DNA of 64,000 nucleotides, from the IMG/VR virus record IMGVR_UViG_3300030103_004079; one strand, given 5' to 3'. The notes beneath the pieces are model-generated. The model saw only the letters and a program-made list of their open reading frames with translations, was not told the DNA's origin and did not search any database. This document shows positions 17,794-27,548 of the stretch, one piece after another. The DNA comes from an uncultured virus (IMG/VR IMGVR_UViG_3300030103_004079) (lineage: Duplodnaviria; Heunggongvirae; Uroviricota; Caudoviricetes). A program made the position numbers and the translations under genes. Positions within the stretch are counted from its first letter, which is position 1; the number at the start of each line of letters is the position of its first letter.

Positions 17794-18704
17794 TGTTATG
17801 GACAGAAAAATACAGACCAAGTAAATTAAGTGATATTGCAGGACAGGAGCATTTTGTATTAGATGCAGAACAATGGGTTTTAGAAAATAATATGCCTAAT
17901 GTTCTTGCTTACGGTGTTGCCGGAACAGGTAAAACAGGTGCGGCAATAGCACTTGCTAAGTCTATACTAGGAGATACTTTCAAAGATAACTTCTTTGAAG
18001 TAAATGCTAGTGATGATAGAAGATTAGAGACTGTTAGAACTACAATAAAACAAGTAGCACAAAGCGGAACATTAGGTGATGCACCATTTAGAATAATGCT
18101 ATTAGACGAAATGGATGGTATGACCAGTGATGCTCAAAATGCTTTGAAAAGAATTATGGAAAGATACGCCAGTAATATTAGATTCATCATTACTTGTAAT
18201 GATAAGTCTAGGATTATCTTCCCGCTTCAAAGCAGATGTGCTAATTACAGATTCAACCCACTAAAGAACGAGATAGTTCTTGAAGTGATTAAAAACATAC
18301 TAGATAAAGAGCAAGTTGAAGGCTTCGCAGATGAAGATTTGGCTCGCTTTATATATGATTTAGATGGTGATTTACGCAGGGCGATTACCGAAATTCAAGC
18401 GGCCAAAGCCTCAAACTTTACACTAAGAAAACAAGTACAGGATTCATTAAAAGAGTTCGATGCAATACTAAATTTAATACTTAATAAAAAACCAAATGAA
18501 ACATTGGATAAATTACATGACATATTGTACGGAGGAAGAAGTGTGAAGGAAATATGTCTAGCGTTACACAATTCTGTCTTAGCGGCAGAAGGATTAGAGT
18601 CCAAAGAGAAGTTTAAACTTCTTAGGATAATAGGGGAAACAGAACACCGTTCTACTACCATGACCCCTAAAGTGATAATATCATGGATGGTAGGACAAAT
18701 ATAA
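17793..18704 (+). CDS. rfcS: Replication factor C small subunit
   Basis: WTEKYRP, GTGKT, EVNASD, LDEMD, AQNALKR, LQSRC, GDLRRAI. Confidence 0.95.
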   Translation: MLWTEKYRPSKLSDIAGQEHFVLDAEQWVLENNMPNVLAYGVAGTGKTGAAIALAKSILGDTFKDNFFEVNASDDRRLETVRTTIKQVAQSGTLGDAPFRIMLLDEMDGMTSDAQNALKRIMERYASNIRFIITCNDKSRIIFPLQSRCANYRFNPLKNEIVLEVIKNILDKEQVEGFADEDLARFIYDLDGDLRRAITEIQAAKASNFTLRKQVQDSLKEFDAILNLILNKKPNETLDKLHDILYGGRSVKEICLALHNSVLAAEGLESKEKFKLLRIIGETEHRSTTMTPKVIISWMVGQI

Positions 18705-18719
18705 ACAGGAGTGAAAAAA

Positions 18720-19937
18720 ATGAATATAGACGATGATAAAATAAGAAAAGAAATAGAAGATGGTGCGAAACATATGGATGTTTCAGTCGAGGTATTGACT
18801 GACAAATATGTTTCAATATGCAAGGAGAACAATTTGGATGTTAATAATCCGATTGGTCTTGGTATGCTTAGGAACTATGTGCGTGGTAACATGAGAATGA
18901 AGAAGAACAATAATAGCGGCTCTAACAGTTTAGTTAAGAGTGCCTTTGGTTTGTTTATCTCATTAGATGCACCAAGAGACATGATGGCATGGAACAGAAA
19001 TAGAGCAAAGGAAGAATACATCCGTGATAACGATAAAGCGTTAGAAGATGGTCTTGTTGCAGTTGCCACAGAAAACGAGGATGGTACTTTCACAGTTGCT
19101 AGACACTACAAAGGTGACTATCAAGAAGCAGTAATGAAAGCCTTAAACGAGGGTGCAGAAGTATTAGATGACGGTAGTATTATTATTCCGTTAGATAGTT
19201 TGGCGAATTACCCAAGTGGTGCAGAAAACAGAAGATATGGTAAGCCTCTTCCGGTAAATGAATTTAGAAGAAGCGGTATTTTCTTTGGTAGTGTAGAAGG
19301 TGGAGAAATGAAATCTTATTATTTCTCTTACAAGAATCAAGGCGGGGTAGAATTTAGCCCGAATACCTTTGATTGGGTTCATTTCAAGGCAATCCTTAGT
19401 GATGACGGGACTAACCTATATGGTATGACTATGGCAACTAAAGAGAGTTTAGTTAGAAATGAAGACATTAATCCCGAAGATGATTCTTATAGAAACATGG
19501 AAGGGTTTGACTTCGAGAAACTACTAATGGAGTCTTACAAAAATAACATTAGTGACTTGATTGATATTGATAGAGCGCATGTAAACCAACAGGCATTAGC
19601 AACCAAAGATAGATTTGTCGTGACTATGGGAACTGTATGTAATATGAATATGACACCAACGGCTAATGGTAATAGAATTCTAAACATAACAGACTTGGAT
19701 GCTGACTTTGATTATGATAGTGAGTCTAACATGACTACTTGTTGGATTCCCGAACATATCAACATAGACTTCGGTATTGGTTCGGAGGTTATTGTTATTG
19801 GTAGAACTTCACAAAGAATAGTAGAGGGAGAAGCCGAACCCGTCACTATCAATACTAGTGGTCTTTTGGCAACTAGTGTTGTGGGCTCACCAGTAGAAGT
19901 TGAAGAACAAGTTGAGGAAGACTTTGATTGGTTTTGA
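18720..19937 (+). CDS. ssDNA-binding protein (RPA/OB-fold-like)
   Basis: C-terminal OB-like segment (GSEVIVIGRT), acidic-aromatic tail EEDFDWF, position in replication operon. Confidence 0.6.
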   Translation: MNIDDDKIRKEIEDGAKHMDVSVEVLTDKYVSICKENNLDVNNPIGLGMLRNYVRGNMRMKKNNNSGSNSLVKSAFGLFISLDAPRDMMAWNRNRAKEEYIRDNDKALEDGLVAVATENEDGTFTVARHYKGDYQEAVMKALNEGAEVLDDGSIIIPLDSLANYPSGAENRRYGKPLPVNEFRRSGIFFGSVEGGEMKSYYFSYKNQGGVEFSPNTFDWVHFKAILSDDGTNLYGMTMATKESLVRNEDINPEDDSYRNMEGFDFEKLLMESYKNNISDLIDIDRAHVNQQALATKDRFVVTMGTVCNMNMTPTANGNRILNITDLDADFDYDSESNMTTCWIPEHINIDFGIGSEVIVIGRTSQRIVEGEAEPVTINTSGLLATSVVGSPVEVEEQVEEDFDWF

Positions 19938-20053
19938 TTAATTTCCAAAGGGGGGTTGTTGTTGTTCCCCTCTTCATAAGCAAGTGTAAGTGTGAACTTG
20001 TGGAATAAGATTGACATTCGACTAGGTGCGAAGCCTATTCATGAGGAATAAAA

Positions 20054-20323
20054 ATGATAAGAAAAGGATTAATAGAAAATAGATTCTTGTTAAAGAACGG
20101 TAGTTTCATCATTGATTTAGATGAAGTAGAGTTCTTAACATGGAATAAGAATATGAATTATGCTGATAGTTATTGGGTTAAATTGCATGTTGGTGGTAAG
20201 GACACAAGATATGTTTGTGATACTAGAAACGAACTATGTGATATAATTAATGCTTGGGGTAAAATAAAAGGAAAAGAAATAAAAATAGATAGAGAAGAAA
20301 TAGGTGAGTTAGATGAGTTTTAA
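20054..20323 (+). CDS. Hypothetical protein
   Basis: ORF with strong RBS. Confidence 0.65.
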   Translation: MIRKGLIENRFLLKNGSFIIDLDEVEFLTWNKNMNYADSYWVKLHVGGKDTRYVCDTRNELCDIINAWGKIKGKEIKIDREEIGELDEF

Positions 20324-21074
20324 GAAAGAAAAATTAAATTTTAAACAGATGATGTTAGAAAAGAGAAAGAACAGAAAGGCTAGAATGGTATTAGGAATTT
20401 GGGGTGAACCTAAGACAGGTAAAACTGGCTTAGCGTTAGATTTCCCCGAAAGAAAGATATTCGTTCTTGATTGGGATAGAGGAGTAGAATCAACATGGTA
20501 TCAACACCATGATGCTACTGAAAGAATAGAAGTATTCTGTCCTATTGTAATGAACAAAGATAACATTATTGATATTAATGATAGTGAGTCTAGGTCATTA
20601 GAATTTGTAGACCACGCAAAAGAATCAATAACAAAAGGCGAGAAGCCTATCTTTGTCATTGACGGTGTAGATACTTGGCTAGATGCTTGTATGCTGAAAG
20701 TCAATCCTAACCCTAGAGTCGTAACAAAGATTATGCCATTCCAGTATGGTAATAGGAACAAAGCGTTCTACTATTTATTAGACACTATCTATAACTTAGA
20801 ATGTGATGTAGTATTTATTACCCACGAAACTGAAAAGTACATGGATAATGTTCCTATTGGTATGCAACCAATGTGGAAAGAATGGGGAGGTAAACTCGAA
20901 CAAGAGATTTACTGTTCTAAGAAAATGATTAAAGGAGAGTTACACTTCTTTGCTGAGTTACTAGGTAGTAGAACCAATGGCAAACTCGTCGGTTCTAAGT
21001 GGACAGTAAGACAAGGTACTCCTCCTAACATTACATGGAATGGAGTTAAAGAATTAAGAGAGGGAACAATATGA
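20313..21074 (+). CDS. RecA/RadA-fold ATPase (Sak4/AAA_24-like recombinase)
   Basis: WGEPKTGKT, LDWDRG, VIDGVD, FITHE. Confidence 0.8.
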   Translation: MSFKKEKLNFKQMMLEKRKNRKARMVLGIWGEPKTGKTGLALDFPERKIFVLDWDRGVESTWYQHHDATERIEVFCPIVMNKDNIIDINDSESRSLEFVDHAKESITKGEKPIFVIDGVDTWLDACMLKVNPNPRVVTKIMPFQYGNRNKAFYYLLDTIYNLECDVVFITHETEKYMDNVPIGMQPMWKEWGGKLEQEIYCSKKMIKGELHFFAELLGSRTNGKLVGSKWTVRQGTPPNITWNGVKELREGTI

Positions 21075-21844
21075 AATTTACAGTAGATGCAAAAGAGTTT
21101 GTCAAGTCTTTGACAGATATACAATTGAAAGGAAAATATGTGAGAGGTGCTAGCATTACGAATGGTAGTTTAGTGGAGTATTTCTATGCTAAACTATTCA
21201 ATAATACATTGAGTTTGTGGAACGCTGATGCTATCAATTCACTAATTGTTAAAGTTAATTTAACAGTTGATGGTGAAGAAGATGGTGTCTTTGTTGCAGA
21301 AACAGAAACACTACTAAAATATCTAAAGAAGTTTAGTGGTGATGTAGAGATAAACAGCAATGATATTATTACTATGACAAATGGTAGTAGTAAAGTTACA
21401 CAGCCTATTGTTGTTAATCATCCAAACATGGATGCTATTAATCGCATGGGTCAGTATGTATTAGACACACACTTTGAAGAAAACTTAGAAACTCTATTTG
21501 AGTTTAACAAATCAAAGTTTGAAGGTGCGTTTCAATTAGACTCTAACACATTTAGTGAGACTATGAAACTATGTGAGTTAATCGGTAGTGGTGTATATCA
21601 CCTTAACTATGAACATGATAAAAATAAATTATCTATGTCTAGTGCTACTAACAACACAAACAAGTTTGAAACTTCTATTGAGTTAGAAGGTAACATTGGA
21701 GAATCAGCAACGCTAGATTTCTCTAGTCCACTTCATGTATTGTTTGACAATGAGATGTTAAACTTCTATGTCAAAGATGATTTCCCGATGTTAATTATGT
21801 CGGAAAACAAATTGATAATTAAAGCACCACACTTAGCAAATTGA
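21071..21844 (+). CDS. DNA sliding clamp (PCNA-like)
   Basis: 257 aa two-domain beta-rich pattern ending FPMLI...IIKAP; adjacent to polB; PIP boxes in PolB and RFC-L. Confidence 0.75.
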   Translation: MKFTVDAKEFVKSLTDIQLKGKYVRGASITNGSLVEYFYAKLFNNTLSLWNADAINSLIVKVNLTVDGEEDGVFVAETETLLKYLKKFSGDVEINSNDIITMTNGSSKVTQPIVVNHPNMDAINRMGQYVLDTHFEENLETLFEFNKSKFEGAFQLDSNTFSETMKLCELIGSGVYHLNYEHDKNKLSMSSATNNTNKFETSIELEGNIGESATLDFSSPLHVLFDNEMLNFYVKDDFPMLIMSENKLIIKAPHLAN

Positions 21845-21853
21845 GGAATATAA

Positions 21854-23500
21854 ATGATAATTAGTAATAAAAATGGAAATGTAATATATAAATCTTGGAG
21901 AGAAAACGGAGTTAAGAAAAGCGAAGAGGTAGAGTTTAGACCATACTTCTATGTTTCAGTAGAAGAACCCGAAGTACCTCATTATCCTGTTAGCAAGTAT
22001 GCTAGAGGAGAGTTCGAGTATGAAGAAGGAGACTGGGTTAGTTTAGATGGCTACAAGTTAAAGCGTGTATATGTGCAGAAGTCTTTTGATATTCATAAGG
22101 CTAGACAGCACTTTAGTAAAACATACGAGGCTGATGTGCCATATACATTTAGATACGCTGTTGATGAAGTAGATGAAATGCCCGAATACAATATGCGTAA
22201 GTGGTATTGGGATATGGAATGGCAACAAGGTGGAGAACATGATAATTGCATCACTACTATTGTAGCGTATGATAACTATGATGAAGCCTATTATCAATGG
22301 GTTTGGTTTCCCGAAGAACAATTTATTGAAAATACAACATATCAATCGTTTCATCACTTTGTGTTTGACAATGAAACAAGTATGATTGAACACTTTATGA
22401 GAACAATGGCCGAGAAAGACCCCGATATGTTAATTGCGTGGTTTGGTCTTAAGTTCGATTTACCTAAGTTATTAGATAGAGCCTGTGCTTTAGGTTTGAA
22501 TCCTTTGGTTATGTCTCCTTATGAAAAGATAGACGGAGTTAAACAACTTAAGGATAGTTGTAGTTTCAAAAGACAAGATGGTTATTCACCAATTGAACAA
22601 CCTATTGGTGGTAGATTAACTCTTAACTTAGACTTAGCATTTGAAAGACAATGGAATGATTCACAAAGAGGAACTCTACCATCATTAAGTCTTGATTATG
22701 TTTCTAAGTTATTGTTTGATGAAGGTAAAGAAATGAACACTAAGTTTGAAGACCCTAACGAGTTCTATCGTAGAGCGTGGCTAGAAGATACAGAAGCATA
22801 CTTACATTATGCTTTAGTAGATGTAAAACTATTAGTCAAGATAGATGAAACTAATTACTGTAGTGAAGCAATATTATCTTTACAACGACTACTAAAAGCA
22901 CCTTTCAAGGCTTGCTTCTATGCTTCACACATGGGTTCTATTTATTTTATGAGAAATGCTTGGTGGAAAGCACCAACAGGTATCAAGAGTGCTGATAGAA
23001 AAGAGTATGAAGGTGCTATGATTTATGACCCACTTAGTGAGAATACTAACGGCTTACATCTTAATGTAGCGGCATTTGATTTTGCAGGTCTATATCCTTC
23101 AATGATGGTTGCTAGAAACATATCTTGGGAGACTAAGAGCGAAACTCCTACTGAATTTGGGGTTAATATCTTAACGCCAAGAGATTTCAGCGAACCGGAG
23201 GGCGACAGAATGTATTATTACAAAACCGATGAGTTGGGTTTGTTACCTAAAGCAGTTCTTGAATTGAAGGAGTTGAGGAACGACTACAAGAAAAGAATGA
23301 AGAACGCTAAAGATAATGGTGAATATGTTAAGTGGCATAACAATCAAATGGCCGTCAAGAGATTGATGGCTTCTTTCTATGGTGTACTGGCCTATCAAGG
23401 CTTTGGTTGGGCTGATGTAGACTTAGCCGCTAGTATTACTGCTAGTGCTAGAGAAGCGATTAGACTAGCCGCATTCAAGGCTAAGGAGTTGGAAGTTTGA
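21854..23500 (+). CDS. polB: Family B DNA polymerase, N-terminal part (exonuclease, motifs A and B)
   Basis: WDME, KFDLP, YALVD, FDFAGLYPS, KRLMASFYG; stops just before motif C. Confidence 0.93.
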   Translation: MIISNKNGNVIYKSWRENGVKKSEEVEFRPYFYVSVEEPEVPHYPVSKYARGEFEYEEGDWVSLDGYKLKRVYVQKSFDIHKARQHFSKTYEADVPYTFRYAVDEVDEMPEYNMRKWYWDMEWQQGGEHDNCITTIVAYDNYDEAYYQWVWFPEEQFIENTTYQSFHHFVFDNETSMIEHFMRTMAEKDPDMLIAWFGLKFDLPKLLDRACALGLNPLVMSPYEKIDGVKQLKDSCSFKRQDGYSPIEQPIGGRLTLNLDLAFERQWNDSQRGTLPSLSLDYVSKLLFDEGKEMNTKFEDPNEFYRRAWLEDTEAYLHYALVDVKLLVKIDETNYCSEAILSLQRLLKAPFKACFYASHMGSIYFMRNAWWKAPTGIKSADRKEYEGAMIYDPLSENTNGLHLNVAAFDFAGLYPSMMVARNISWETKSETPTEFGVNILTPRDFSEPEGDRMYYYKTDELGLLPKAVLELKELRNDYKKRMKNAKDNGEYVKWHNNQMAVKRLMASFYGVLAYQGFGWADVDLAASITASAREAIRLAAFKAKELEV

Positions 23501-23638
23501 AATGTATAGTATGCAATAAAAACGAATCCGAGTTATGTTATGTTGGCCGTTTATTGTGTTGGGAATGCTATGATAAAGGCAGATATGGGTCATTAAAACT
23601 ACAACAAAAAAGAATGGCTAAGGAGTTGGAAGTTTGAA
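23479..23638 (+). repeat. 23-bp direct repeat ggctaaggagttggaagtttgaa at 23479-23501 and 23616-23638
   Basis: Exact match read from sequence. Confidence 0.9.
23497..23637 (+). CDS. Micro Zn-finger protein (46 aa, TTG start) ending in AKELEV like PolB-N
   Basis: CIVC...CWEC; bounded by the direct repeat. Confidence 0.6.
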   Translation: MKCIVCNKNESELCYVGRLLCWECYDKGRYGSLKLQQKRMAKELEV

Positions 23639-23759
23639 TAGAATAAAATGTATGAAACCATTGGCACATAATCCTCAATTCGAGGGTAAGTTTCATTGTA
23701 AAAGATGTGCAGAAGAAATAAAAATGAGGAATAAAAATGAGTATAACAGCAGTATGTAG
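23634..23759 (+). CDS. Micro Cys/His protein (41 aa, TTG start)
   Basis: C...H...HCKRC; RBS supplied by the repeat. Confidence 0.45.
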   Translation: MNRIKCMKPLAHNPQFEGKFHCKRCAEEIKMRNKNEYNSSM

Positions 23760-24186
23760 AGATTGTAGAGAAACCTTTAGAAAGTTCTCTATGAAATCAA
23801 GAGAAACAGTATGTCCCGATTGTAAGGGAAAGAAAGGAATGAATAGATATAGAGTTATGTCTAATAAAACACAAGATGCTATAACAACAATAGCAAATAT
23901 GGATAAAGAAATTGAGAATCTAAAGACTTCAATTGATGTATTACATAACACTATTGAAGTTGAAGTGCAACATCAATTAACAAAAGGCATAGAACCTATT
24001 ATCGAAAAAGTCCTTGATGAAAAGATTAGTGAATTAAAAGACATTGTAATATCTTCAATGACTAAAACACGGAAAACACAAAAAGAAGTTAAGGAATTAA
24101 GTAAATTAGTTAAAGGCTACAAAAGTTCTAACACAAGAATGAAGAATAAAATAAAAAAGTTTGAGGAGATGTTGGGATATGAATAA
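23737..24186 (+). CDS. Zn-ribbon plus coiled-coil protein
   Basis: CRDC...CPDC then heptads. Confidence 0.7.
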   Translation: MSITAVCRDCRETFRKFSMKSRETVCPDCKGKKGMNRYRVMSNKTQDAITTIANMDKEIENLKTSIDVLHNTIEVEVQHQLTKGIEPIIEKVLDEKISELKDIVISSMTKTRKTQKEVKELSKLVKGYKSSNTRMKNKIKKFEEMLGYE

Positions 24187-24388
24187 ATTTTTTGAGAAGT
24201 GGATAATAGAAGCAGTAAGTGAACTAGAAGGTGAGTTTACTGTAGCGAATGTATTAGATACTATAATACGACGGAGGGGAACTAGCATGTATATTGGTAA
24301 TACGCAAGCCATAGGTTCTCTTCTATGTAAAAGAGAAGACCTAGTAACTAGATTAGGTGATGGCTACTATAGGAGGAATGAAAAATGA
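24179..24388 (+). CDS. Small winged-helix-like protein
   Basis: FTVANVLD...QAIGSLL...GYY. Confidence 0.55.
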   Translation: MNKFFEKWIIEAVSELEGEFTVANVLDTIIRRRGTSMYIGNTQAIGSLLCKREDLVTRLGDGYYRRNEK

Positions 24389-24561
24389 AATATACTAAAT
24401 ATGTAACAACTAAAGTAGAATACGATAGCGAAGAAACATGGGAAGAAACAGAAAAAGACATTAACGATATAATAGAAATGCTAACCAACTTAAAGCGTAG
24501 AGCAACTATTATTGAAATAAAACAAGGAGCAGATAGTCATGTCAATGATGGACAAGACTAA
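24385..24561 (+). CDS. Small hypothetical protein (58 aa), absent from ORF track
   Basis: GGAGG RBS, ATGA-coupled. Confidence 0.55.
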   Translation: MKYTKYVTTKVEYDSEETWEETEKDINDIIEMLTNLKRRATIIEIKQGADSHVNDGQD

Positions 24562-24673
24562 TGAACTGCTAGAAGACTTACTTGCTATGATAGCAAGAAG
24601 CAATAAGATATTGATGATGGTAAATATCGTGAACATCATAACCATCATAACCATAGTAACGGTGATAATATGA
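24539..24673 (+). CDS. Tail-anchored membrane peptide (44 aa)
   Basis: C-terminal ILMMVNIVNIITIITIVTVII. Confidence 0.55.
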   Translation: MSMMDKTNELLEDLLAMIARSNKILMMVNIVNIITIITIVTVII

Positions 24674-24879
24674 ATAATGAAGAAATGAAAAAGAGAATAG
24701 AAAAATTAGAAATGAAGATTAAGGGATTGGAGAATGACTTGGATTATTTGGAAGAGCAACTAAAAGAGGCTGATAAAATAACAAAGGCAATTGTAGAAAT
24801 CGAAGAACATTTGGATAAGCAACAAAAAGGTTTTGAAAGTCACTTCTTTCCTACGCTAAGATATTCCTTAAAGAAGTGA
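24670..24879 (+). CDS. Coiled-coil small protein
   Basis: Heptad pattern; coupled ORF. Confidence 0.6.
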   Translation: MNNEEMKKRIEKLEMKIKGLENDLDYLEEQLKEADKITKAIVEIEEHLDKQQKGFESHFFPTLRYSLKK

Positions 24880-24883
24880 TAAC

Positions 24884-25765
24884 ATGAAGGTAGTTTACGG
24901 ACATACAGATTCAATCTATGTGCAAATAGATTCTGTTGAAAAAGCAGAAGAAGCAATTAAAGAGATTGAGTCTAGTGTAAGAAAGCATTTTCCTAATGTC
25001 ATGGGATTGAAACAACACCCTGTTGTATTAGAGTTTGAGAAATACTATTCAGCATTAGGTGTTGGTACAACTAAGAATAGAAATGCAGGTATGATTACAT
25101 GGAAAGACGGTGAGTGGTTAGACGAGCCGGAATTTGTAATGACAGGCTTTACTGCTAAGAGAGTTAGTGAAACCAAACTTGCTAAGGGAGTTCAAACAGA
25201 TGTATTGACTATGTGGGTAAACGAAAAACCTATGACAGAAATCAACAATTATCTACATGATAAATACAATGCTGTGATAAACGGGAATATTCCTATTGAT
25301 AATATTATCAAAAGAAGTAGGCTTAGAGAAGATAGATTTACTGTAAAGTGTAGAGGTTGCGGTAAGAAGCACGATTTACACGGTTGTCTTTCTATAAGAT
25401 GGTGTTTAAAATGTGGAGAAGATACTGCTAAGTTTACTACATTAGAAGGTAGAAGACCCTCGATAGGTTCGGGTATTGCAGGAGTTGTTTATGCTAAACA
25501 GAATGGCATTAACTTCGATGATTCTTACCTGTATCTAAAAGTAAGGTCTAATGAAACATACACTAACCCACTTACTAAGGAAGTAAGAACTGTAGAGTAT
25601 GTCTCAGGTTCACGCTATGTTGATTTTGATAAGTATAAACCCGACTATCAACACTATGCAGACCAAGTAATAAAGAAGGCAGAACCAATTTATAAGGCTA
25701 TGAATTGGGATTTGTCCAACATTAAAACGGGTAAAATACAAACTAAATTGGAGGAATGGTTTTGA
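24884..25765 (+). CDS. polB: Family B DNA polymerase, C-terminal part (motif C, thumb)
   Basis: YGHTDSIYV, LEFEK, KNRNAG, Zn-finger insert, PIP box QTKLEEWF. Confidence 0.92.
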   Translation: MKVVYGHTDSIYVQIDSVEKAEEAIKEIESSVRKHFPNVMGLKQHPVVLEFEKYYSALGVGTTKNRNAGMITWKDGEWLDEPEFVMTGFTAKRVSETKLAKGVQTDVLTMWVNEKPMTEINNYLHDKYNAVINGNIPIDNIIKRSRLREDRFTVKCRGCGKKHDLHGCLSIRWCLKCGEDTAKFTTLEGRRPSIGSGIAGVVYAKQNGINFDDSYLYLKVRSNETYTNPLTKEVRTVEYVSGSRYVDFDKYKPDYQHYADQVIKKAEPIYKAMNWDLSNIKTGKIQTKLEEWF

Positions 25766-26019
25766 AATTTGACAGATACGAATGGTTTGACAATCCTAAC
25801 AAGGATAAAATACAAAAAAGAGTTAAAAAAAGGCAAGAGAAAGCCTATCGTAGAAAAAAGAATCATTTGGACTCAATGAATTGGGAACTTTCCGATTTTT
25901 ATGTAGATGTTCTTGCCGGTGATAGATTATCAAAAACAAAACGAAAAAAGATAATAAATCTAAAACAAAACATAGATGATGTAAAAGAAAAAATACTATC
26001 ATTGAGAGGTGGAAAATAA
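25756..26019 (+). CDS. Basic hypothetical protein
   Basis: ORF between polB-C and nuclease. Confidence 0.55.
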   Translation: MVLKFDRYEWFDNPNKDKIQKRVKKRQEKAYRRKKNHLDSMNWELSDFYVDVLAGDRLSKTKRKKIINLKQNIDDVKEKILSLRGGK

Positions 26020-26924
26020 TGAATAACGATGAAAAATATGATATAATAATAAAAAGCATGAGTGAATATACTTACAAATGGCAACCGGATAATTACGATG
26101 ACCCTACACAACCTATATTGAAGATTACTAAATCTTCTTTAGGTTCGTTTGATTGGTGTCCTAAGAAATATAACTTTAGTTATGTTCAACGACTACCACA
26201 AGACCAAACAGAAGCCATGCGTAAAGGAACTATATTGCATGTTCATAGAGAAAACTTCTTTGATGATTTTGATATTAAGAAAGCAGAACAAATGTCAGCA
26301 GATGAAGTACATGACTATTGTGCTAGTCTAACACCTATTGATGAATATTTTGATATATCTATGACAGTTGCCGCATTTGAGGCAGAACGCTTCTTAGAAG
26401 CAAAGGCTGAAGATAAAGTAGATGAGTATTTGCCTGTATGTAATGAAGGTTTATTTGATGCTGAGATAACAATAGAAGCAAACATCAATCCTAAGTTTCC
26501 CTTGCGTAGAGATTACAAGATACACATTCAAGGTATCATAGATAGAATCTTTATGGAGAACGGCGGCTATGTTCCTTTTGAATATAAAACAGGAGCATGG
26601 AAAGACTACAAAGCAACTATGATGAGAAAGGAAATGGCTTTCTATCAATTACTTATTGAGAATGCAGAAGATGAAGTCCTAATTAAAAATGGACTAGAGC
26701 CTAATGTTCCTGTAACACATTGGGGTTGGTATTACCCTGCTTCTAATTATGTATTTGCTGAAGAAGTGAAGGCTAGGAATCTAAAGTCAGTTTATAAGAA
26801 CATAGCCAAGTTAATTTGGCACTATGAGAATGAAACATATCCAACTAAGTTTTTCTTTAAGACCTGTTCTCATTGTAGTTACTTTAGTTTGTGTGATGCG
26901 GCTGAAGAGGATTCGTGGGTGTGA
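26019..26924 (+). CDS. Cas4/AddB-like PD-(D/E)XK exonuclease with Fe-S cysteines
   Basis: WCPKK, GIIDRI..FEYKTG, C-terminal CSHC...C. Confidence 0.85.
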   Translation: MNNDEKYDIIIKSMSEYTYKWQPDNYDDPTQPILKITKSSLGSFDWCPKKYNFSYVQRLPQDQTEAMRKGTILHVHRENFFDDFDIKKAEQMSADEVHDYCASLTPIDEYFDISMTVAAFEAERFLEAKAEDKVDEYLPVCNEGLFDAEITIEANINPKFPLRRDYKIHIQGIIDRIFMENGGYVPFEYKTGAWKDYKATMMRKEMAFYQLLIENAEDEVLIKNGLEPNVPVTHWGWYYPASNYVFAEEVKARNLKSVYKNIAKLIWHYENETYPTKFFFKTCSHCSYFSLCDAAEEDSWV

Positions 26925-26928
26925 TATT

Positions 26929-27168
26929 ATGAATTATAAATTTAATAATGGAGATATAGAAGTAAAGTTTGCTAGGTCGCCTAATGGCCAAAGGTATGCT
27001 AGAATAGATTTGAATGCTAAAGATGTAACTAAAACTACACCTTTATTCGATGAAGTTAGTGATTGGGTTAAAACTCAAAGAATAGAAGGTAAGGAATGCG
27101 AACACACTATTCTACTTAACAAAAACTACGCTCCTTACATTATAGTTTTTAAGAAGGTGAAGATATGA
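26929..27168 (+). CDS. Hypothetical protein
   Basis: Likely start MNYKFNN after GGTGTGA RBS. Confidence 0.55.
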   Translation: MNYKFNNGDIEVKFARSPNGQRYARIDLNAKDVTKTTPLFDEVSDWVKTQRIEGKECEHTILLNKNYAPYIIVFKKVKI

Positions 27169-27548
27169 AAACAGTAGATTATATTTCTGAAATAATATAC
27201 CGAAAGGTATTACAGAAAGATTGGACATTTAATGAAATATCTAATCTAAAAGAAACAATAGAAAATCTCTCTAGTGATATTTATGAAGAGATTAAACTAA
27301 TAGAAAGATTCGATTTAATTAGAGAAATTAGAATCAAAGAAACCTTTGTTGGTCATGTCTTTGAAGATGCTATTAGAGAAACTGTGATGACTTCTCTAAG
27401 AGCAGAAATAGCAGACACAATGAGAAATATGTTAAATAACGCAACAGTTAATTTTGGTGGTAATAAAAATGAAGTTTCCGAGAGAAGTGTGGTCGGGGAG
27501 TCAAATGAAGAACGCTCCTCCACTACCGAGAAGAATAGTAAGAAGTAA
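27165..27548 (+). CDS. Hypothetical protein
   Basis: Coupled ORF. Confidence 0.6.
   Translation: MKTVDYISEIIYRKVLQKDWTFNEISNLKETIENLSSDIYEEIKLIERFDLIREIRIKETFVGHVFEDAIRETVMTSLRAEIADTMRNMLNNATVNFGGNKNEVSERSVVGESNEERSSTTEKNSKK

Noticed and set aside
23500..24884. Intein or group I intron interrupting polB
   Set aside because: Each half has its own stop or RBS/start, no intein terminal residues are visible, and the gap is filled by coupled small ORFs
26019..26924. Cas4-like gene as sign of a CRISPR locus
   Set aside because: No repeat-spacer array or other cas genes seen; solo Cas4-like nucleases are common in viral replication modules
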